From positions 1 through 55,968 of the IMG/VR virus record IMGVR_UViG_3300044815_000221: 55,968 nucleotides of DNA. The stretch is one strand, 5' to 3'. The position numbers were made by a program, and so were the translations under genes. Each line of letters starts with the position of its first letter. Positions within the stretch are counted from its first letter, which is position 1. This DNA is from a virus (Duplodnaviria > Caudoviricetes). This document shows positions 52,100 to 55,968 of the stretch, piece after piece. Below the pieces are notes generated by a model, which had not been told where the DNA came from, did not search any database, and was given only the letters and a program-made list of their open reading frames with translations.

Positions 52100-54242
52100 A
52101 CTCCTTCACCTTTCCTGTGTCGGCTATTTCAAAGATCGAGTTATCAACGGCCACACTCGAAACTTGTTGTGCGCTCACCGAACGCGATTGCGGTACTGCG
52201 TGAATCTTCTTTCGGTCCATCCGTGTCATCATGTGAACCGGCGCGCCGCCACCGCCCGCCGCCACCACCGCCTCAATCACCTCAACCTCTTCTGGCTCGA
52301 TCAACGCCGCGACGCGATCCTCAGTCGTCTCTCCGCGCAGATTCGAGTGCGCCAGATAGGTGTACTCGCGCTGGAGCTTCCGTTCGTGCGCGCTCACTTC
52401 GGCGACAGTCTTCAACGTTTGCTTGTTGGGATTGATAAGCGAGGTGCGTGTGACGAGTTCGGCCTCGCAGATTGTGTTGTCAGGAAGAAAGACCCAGATG
52501 CGGCTGTAATCGTTGTCGTCGTATCTGAACTCGACGCGCTGCCCCTTGAACGAAGACATCTTCGGATGCAGGAACGACCAGCCCTTTTGAAAATATGTGA
52601 TCCCGTTCTTCCCGATCTCGCGGCTATCACTCTTCATGCACAGCAACGCCAGCGATTCAGCCGGAATCTCGAAGCGCGTCGGATACAACCGGCGCAACTC
52701 TTCGAGCGGCACGATACGCGCGCCGCCGAGCGTCGTTCGCTCGTGAACAGTTGAGTTGTGTTCGTGAATGAAGCCCGCGAGACCTTCGCGGTAATCGTCA
52801 ATCCTGATAAACGGGGACTCTTTACTTTTGCCTTTCAGGAAGCGTTGATGCTGCGCGTAATTCTCGCGATACTGGTCAGGCCGCTTGCTCGTCTCGCGCC
52901 CGCAAAAGCCATCGTTGATGAAAGTGTTTTGCTCCCAATCGGAGATGTCTCTATGAACACGCTCGACGGGTTTCTCTTTGGCGTTGTAACCGCGCGCCAG
53001 CAGATGCTTGACACCGAGATCATCGAGCAGTCCGACGCGACGCTGAACGCGCAAAACTTCCATCCCGCCATCAATCGCCGCCGCGTGTTCATGCACGTTG
53101 ATGACCTTGCCGTCCAAGTTGTGCGATTTGTAATCCTTACCTTGATCTGTGTAGAGGAAGCTCGCGTAACCATGATCAGGCCGCGACGGAGGCTGCGCGC
53201 CAAAGTTTCTGACGCCATCGGCATACGCCATTCCAATCGTCGTTGACGATGGCACGAGATCGAGATGCCAGCCCCAGATCAAATAGGTGCGAAGGTCCAA
53301 CCAGATTGTCAGCCAGGGACGCGCCACTGTTTTCCCGTCGCGCAAAAGCACCGCAACATCGCGCTCGCTGTGATCGCCGCAGAGAACCTGCAACGCTCCG
53401 AGGTCTGAATAGTCGCGCGGGACATAAGGAGAGAATTTTTGCGTGTAGGCTTTCTGGCCTTGCAACGTCGCGGCCTTCACAAGCTCAGGAATCTTGTCCC
53501 ACAGCCGGTAGAAATATGCTTCGCTCGGAATCGTCCACTTCTCCTGCGCGGCTCGCTTCTTCAACGCCTTGTGCAGATGACGTGCGCTGCGATAGTTGCG
53601 CCAGTATTTATTCACCCACTCGACGGCTCCTTCAGAGATGACTGCCTTGCGCCGATCACGTTTGTTTGTGTCCGTTTTAGGTTGGGATCGGAGGAAGGTC
53701 AGCAGCCCGTCTTTTCTGTATCTCCTCAACCAGCCATCGAGCGTGTAGGGTGAAGGGCATTGCGCCCTATGGGATTCACTCTCAAGAATGATTGCGTCCA
53801 TCGTCGTCGCCTGCGCGCACAGAGCCAGCACAGCCGGAACAAATTCAGAGACGCCCGTCGCCGGATTCGCACGACGCTTCGGCGAGATCGCGTCATAGCT
53901 TTCAACCACGCGCTTCATCTCCAGCGCGTAATCGAGCCATGCCTTTTGTTCTTCCGCCGACATACGTTTCAATGTCTCCGTCAACCTGTCATCATCAAGA
54001 CCATCACCGGCGACAACGGCCTGCGTCGCTGCCTCTGTGGTCTCTTCCTGAACCGTCGAACGCTGCGCCCAACGAAGCTGCAACTCCGGCGACAAACTCG
54101 CGAGCGCGACCTCGCGCAAAGGCTTTCCGTTGCGCCCGCGCTGCCCTGTCTCGCGCGATTGCCAATCGCCGGACGCGATTTTCATTCGCACCCAACGGTC
54201 AGTTATGCCTTGCTCGACAATTTCTTCCGGAGTCAGCCACAT
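52083..54242 (-). CDS. MuA-like DDE transposase
   Basis: GDH, YTDQGKDY, NAKEKPVER catalytic triad; C-terminal RYD..D...I.V Mu-type domain. Confidence 0.95.
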   Translation of the reverse strand: MWLTPEEIVEQGITDRWVRMKIASGDWQSRETGQRGRNGKPLREVALASLSPELQLRWAQRSTVQEETTEAATQAVVAGDGLDDDRLTETLKRMSAEEQKAWLDYALEMKRVVESYDAISPKRRANPATGVSEFVPAVLALCAQATTMDAIILESESHRAQCPSPYTLDGWLRRYRKDGLLTFLRSQPKTDTNKRDRRKAVISEGAVEWVNKYWRNYRSARHLHKALKKRAAQEKWTIPSEAYFYRLWDKIPELVKAATLQGQKAYTQKFSPYVPRDYSDLGALQVLCGDHSERDVAVLLRDGKTVARPWLTIWLDLRTYLIWGWHLDLVPSSTTIGMAYADGVRNFGAQPPSRPDHGYASFLYTDQGKDYKSHNLDGKVINVHEHAAAIDGGMEVLRVQRRVGLLDDLGVKHLLARGYNAKEKPVERVHRDISDWEQNTFINDGFCGRETSKRPDQYRENYAQHQRFLKGKSKESPFIRIDDYREGLAGFIHEHNSTVHERTTLGGARIVPLEELRRLYPTRFEIPAESLALLCMKSDSREIGKNGITYFQKGWSFLHPKMSSFKGQRVEFRYDDNDYSRIWVFLPDNTICEAELVTRTSLINPNKQTLKTVAEVSAHERKLQREYTYLAHSNLRGETTEDRVAALIEPEEVEVIEAVVAAGGGGAPVHMMTRMDRKKIHAVPQSRSVSAQQVSSVAVDNSIFEIADTGKVKEFDFDE

Positions 54243-54404
54243 AGTTCCGTTGGATTGGGGAAATTCAGGGTTAAGGAGTTCCGTTGGATTGGCGGCATAA
54301 ATAATGGGCGGCGCGCCTTAAACTGTTGATTTTTTTTCATTTGCGCGACTTCCGTTGGATTTCAGGAGTTCCGTTGGATAGTTCCGTTGGAGTTCCGTTG
54401 GATT
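54243..54404. repeat. six direct repeats of (A/C)GTTCCGTTGGA(T)-like motif upstream of transposase
   Basis: Copies at 54243, 54277, 54348, 54367, 54380 and 54391. Confidence 0.9.
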
Positions 54405-54961
54405 TGCTCCCGTTTGAAGGCCACGCGGCGCTGGTAATCAGCCGTCGCAATCTCTAAAAACATGCGAACGTTCTGCACAACGCGCTCGCCCGAACGATTC
54501 AACTCTTCCAACTCAGCCCACTCGATCACGCCATCTTCAAAGGCGTCCATGAACCGCTCGTAATGCCGCAGGTCATCGCGCACGGTCTGCGAGACCAGCT
54601 TCCCCAACTCGAACCCGTCAGGAATTTCCACCTTCGTTTCCTCACAGCACTCTTCAAGCGTGCGGATCAACGCGAGTGATCGAAACCGTTTGCACAAAAT
54701 TGGGAGTAATTCAGAGGGGAGAGAGCTTTTGCCGGAGCGGAAATTGTAAATCTGCCTGGCTTTCTTTCGAGTGAGGCTAGCGACTTCATTGACCAAATCT
54801 TCAAGCGTTAATCCTTCTTCTTTGGATATGCGCTTGAACTCTTCGTCCAGCGTGCGAGATAGCTGTTGCATTCGGGAGTCTCCTTTTGCAATGGATGCAA
54901 AGTCAGTTTGAGGATAAAAATTAAGCAGCTTTTTTCCGGCGACTCGGGAAAAGCTGCTCAA
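54362..54961 (-). CDS. phage CII-like regulatory protein (start probably 54871)
   Basis: N-terminal HTH and AFEDGVI...EL..L C-terminal motif. Confidence 0.6.
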   Translation of the reverse strand: MSSFSRVAGKKLLNFYPQTDFASIAKGDSRMQQLSRTLDEEFKRISKEEGLTLEDLVNEVASLTRKKARQIYNFRSGKSSLPSELLPILCKRFRSLALIRTLEECCEETKVEIPDGFELGKLVSQTVRDDLRHYERFMDAFEDGVIEWAELEELNRSGERVVQNVRMFLEIATADYQRRVAFKREQIQRNSNGTIQRNS

Positions 54962-55148
54962 CGTTAATGCCGAACTCGTCGGCCAATAAGTCTTGAAGCA
55001 CTGGATACTCGCGCACTCCGCGAAGGCACATGGATACCTCTTCGCGCCTGACTTCGCGGCGAAGAATTCCAGAAAACGCCCGCGCCAGATTACTGATCGT
55101 TCTATGGCGGCTACGGAGAACCAGAATTTTTCTCTCTAATGGGGACAT
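54921..55148 (-). CDS. Ner/Cro-like DNA-binding protein
   Basis: 75 aa basic HTH divergent from the repressor; G..VEQLFP. Confidence 0.65.
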   Translation of the reverse strand: MSPLERKILVLRSRHRTISNLARAFSGILRREVRREEVSMCLRGVREYPVLQDLLADEFGINVEQLFPSRRKKAA

Positions 55149-55153
55149 AAGTT

Positions 55154-55708
55154 GTGCTATGTTCCGAACGGAACATAAATGATAGTAGTGTATTGCTTAA
55201 CTTTTGGCAAGAGGAAAGTTTTGTATTGCTAAACCCGCCGGGCTTCTTCAAAAGAGTGTGTGAGGCTCTCAATGTGCCCCCTGGCAGGGGCGCAAAGGCA
55301 AAAGTAGCGAAAATTTTAGGTATATCGAAGAGTTCAGCAGGTTTTTGGGAAGAAGGTAAGATGCCAGGCATGAGCGGCCTTGAGAACGTGGCGCATGTCT
55401 CAAAGTTAAGCGGAGCTTCACTTCATTGGTTGCTTACTGGGGAAGGGCAGAAATATGTAAGAGATATTTCTGAGTATTCATTAGAAGACCTTTGGAAGCA
55501 GTTATCTACTCTTATTCATGAATTACCTGAAGCAAAAAGAGAATCTCTAATCTTAAGATTGATCGCTGATCTCATAAGTGAGGTTGAGATTCAGAAAAAA
55601 TCTAAAGGACATGGGTTTAGCGATGTAAGTCCAGTATTAATGAAAATTGCTGCTAGTAAAATCAGACGACCTCGAACGATTTCCAAAGAAGAGCCGAAGG
55701 ATGAATGA
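55154..55708 (+). CDS. prophage repressor, XRE HTH
   Basis: AKVAKILGISKSS..FWEEGKMP......SLHWLLTGEG; divergent from the early operon. Confidence 0.8.
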   Translation: MLCSERNINDSSVLLNFWQEESFVLLNPPGFFKRVCEALNVPPGRGAKAKVAKILGISKSSAGFWEEGKMPGMSGLENVAHVSKLSGASLHWLLTGEGQKYVRDISEYSLEDLWKQLSTLIHELPEAKRESLILRLIADLISEVEIQKKSKGHGFSDVSPVLMKIAASKIRRPRTISKEEPKDE

Positions 55709-55968
55709 ATATGCCTCTCATTCAATGTCCAGATTGTAAAAAGGAAATTTCAGACCAAGCTCCAGTCTGCCCAAACTGTGGAAGACCTTTTTCCCAACCT
55801 CGTATATCCGCTAAAAAGCGCCACGAAGAAGCTAATCGTTACAATCACATATCTTGGCTACTCTTCGCTGCAGCGATACTCACAGCACTAGCAGGTATAT
55901 GGTCGGTCGCGCCGATAATGTTTGTCGCGGCTTTAGTTGTCTCCATCATTTATCATATAAAGCGATGA
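55705..55968 (+). CDS. zinc-ribbon membrane protein co-transcribed with repressor
   Basis: CPDCKKEISDQA..CPNCG plus two TM helices. Confidence 0.75.
   Translation: MNMPLIQCPDCKKEISDQAPVCPNCGRPFSQPRISAKKRHEEANRYNHISWLLFAAAILTALAGIWSVAPIMFVAALVVSIIYHIKR

Larger units (their letters stand above)
1..55968 (-). mobile_element. Mu-like transposable prophage (partial; ends not visible) with contractile tail
   Basis: Mu-type gene order: repressor/Ner, DDE transposase, AAA B protein, GemA-like, gp26/gp27-like, terminase, gp29-type portal, MuF, protease I, capsid, gp36, gpG, gp37, sheath, tube, tape measure, hub. Confidence 0.95.

Noticed and set aside
54243-54404. CRISPR array
   Set aside because: Repeats are only 11-14 bp with irregular 0-60 bp spacing, and no cas genes are present.

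Overview
The window is most of a Mu-like transposable prophage; neither prophage end is visible. The right end holds the repressor/Ner switch, followed leftward on the - strand by MuA, MuB, early genes, terminase, portal, head genes and a contractile tail of CIS/T4-gp19 type. The main anomaly is that the MuF (gpF/gp30) head-morphogenesis locus is broken by two related ~9 kb insertions, element A (~17076-26395) and element B (~26917-35917). Neither has a recognisable integrase or transposase. Each has a free-standing LAGLIDADG endonuclease at the end of a + strand operon, its own divergent repressor switch, a small membrane-protein gene, a copy of the phage's conserved late-type leader/attenuator, and its own tail-initiation genes (chaperone, full-length tape measure, hub and LysM; A also has spike and tube-initiator). 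The prophage therefore carries three tape-measure modules. Junction sequences link both elements to the HLETIF|RTN motif of muF. I read them as homing-endonuclease-mobilised tail cassettes that plug into the helper's late regulon; that function is inference. Also seen: a five-copy leader with terminator, a probable +1 TCN-TTT-CG chaperone frameshift, a probable -1 portal-MuF frameshift, and a Walker-B Glu-to-Gln MuB. All family assignments come from motif recognition by eye; no database was searched.
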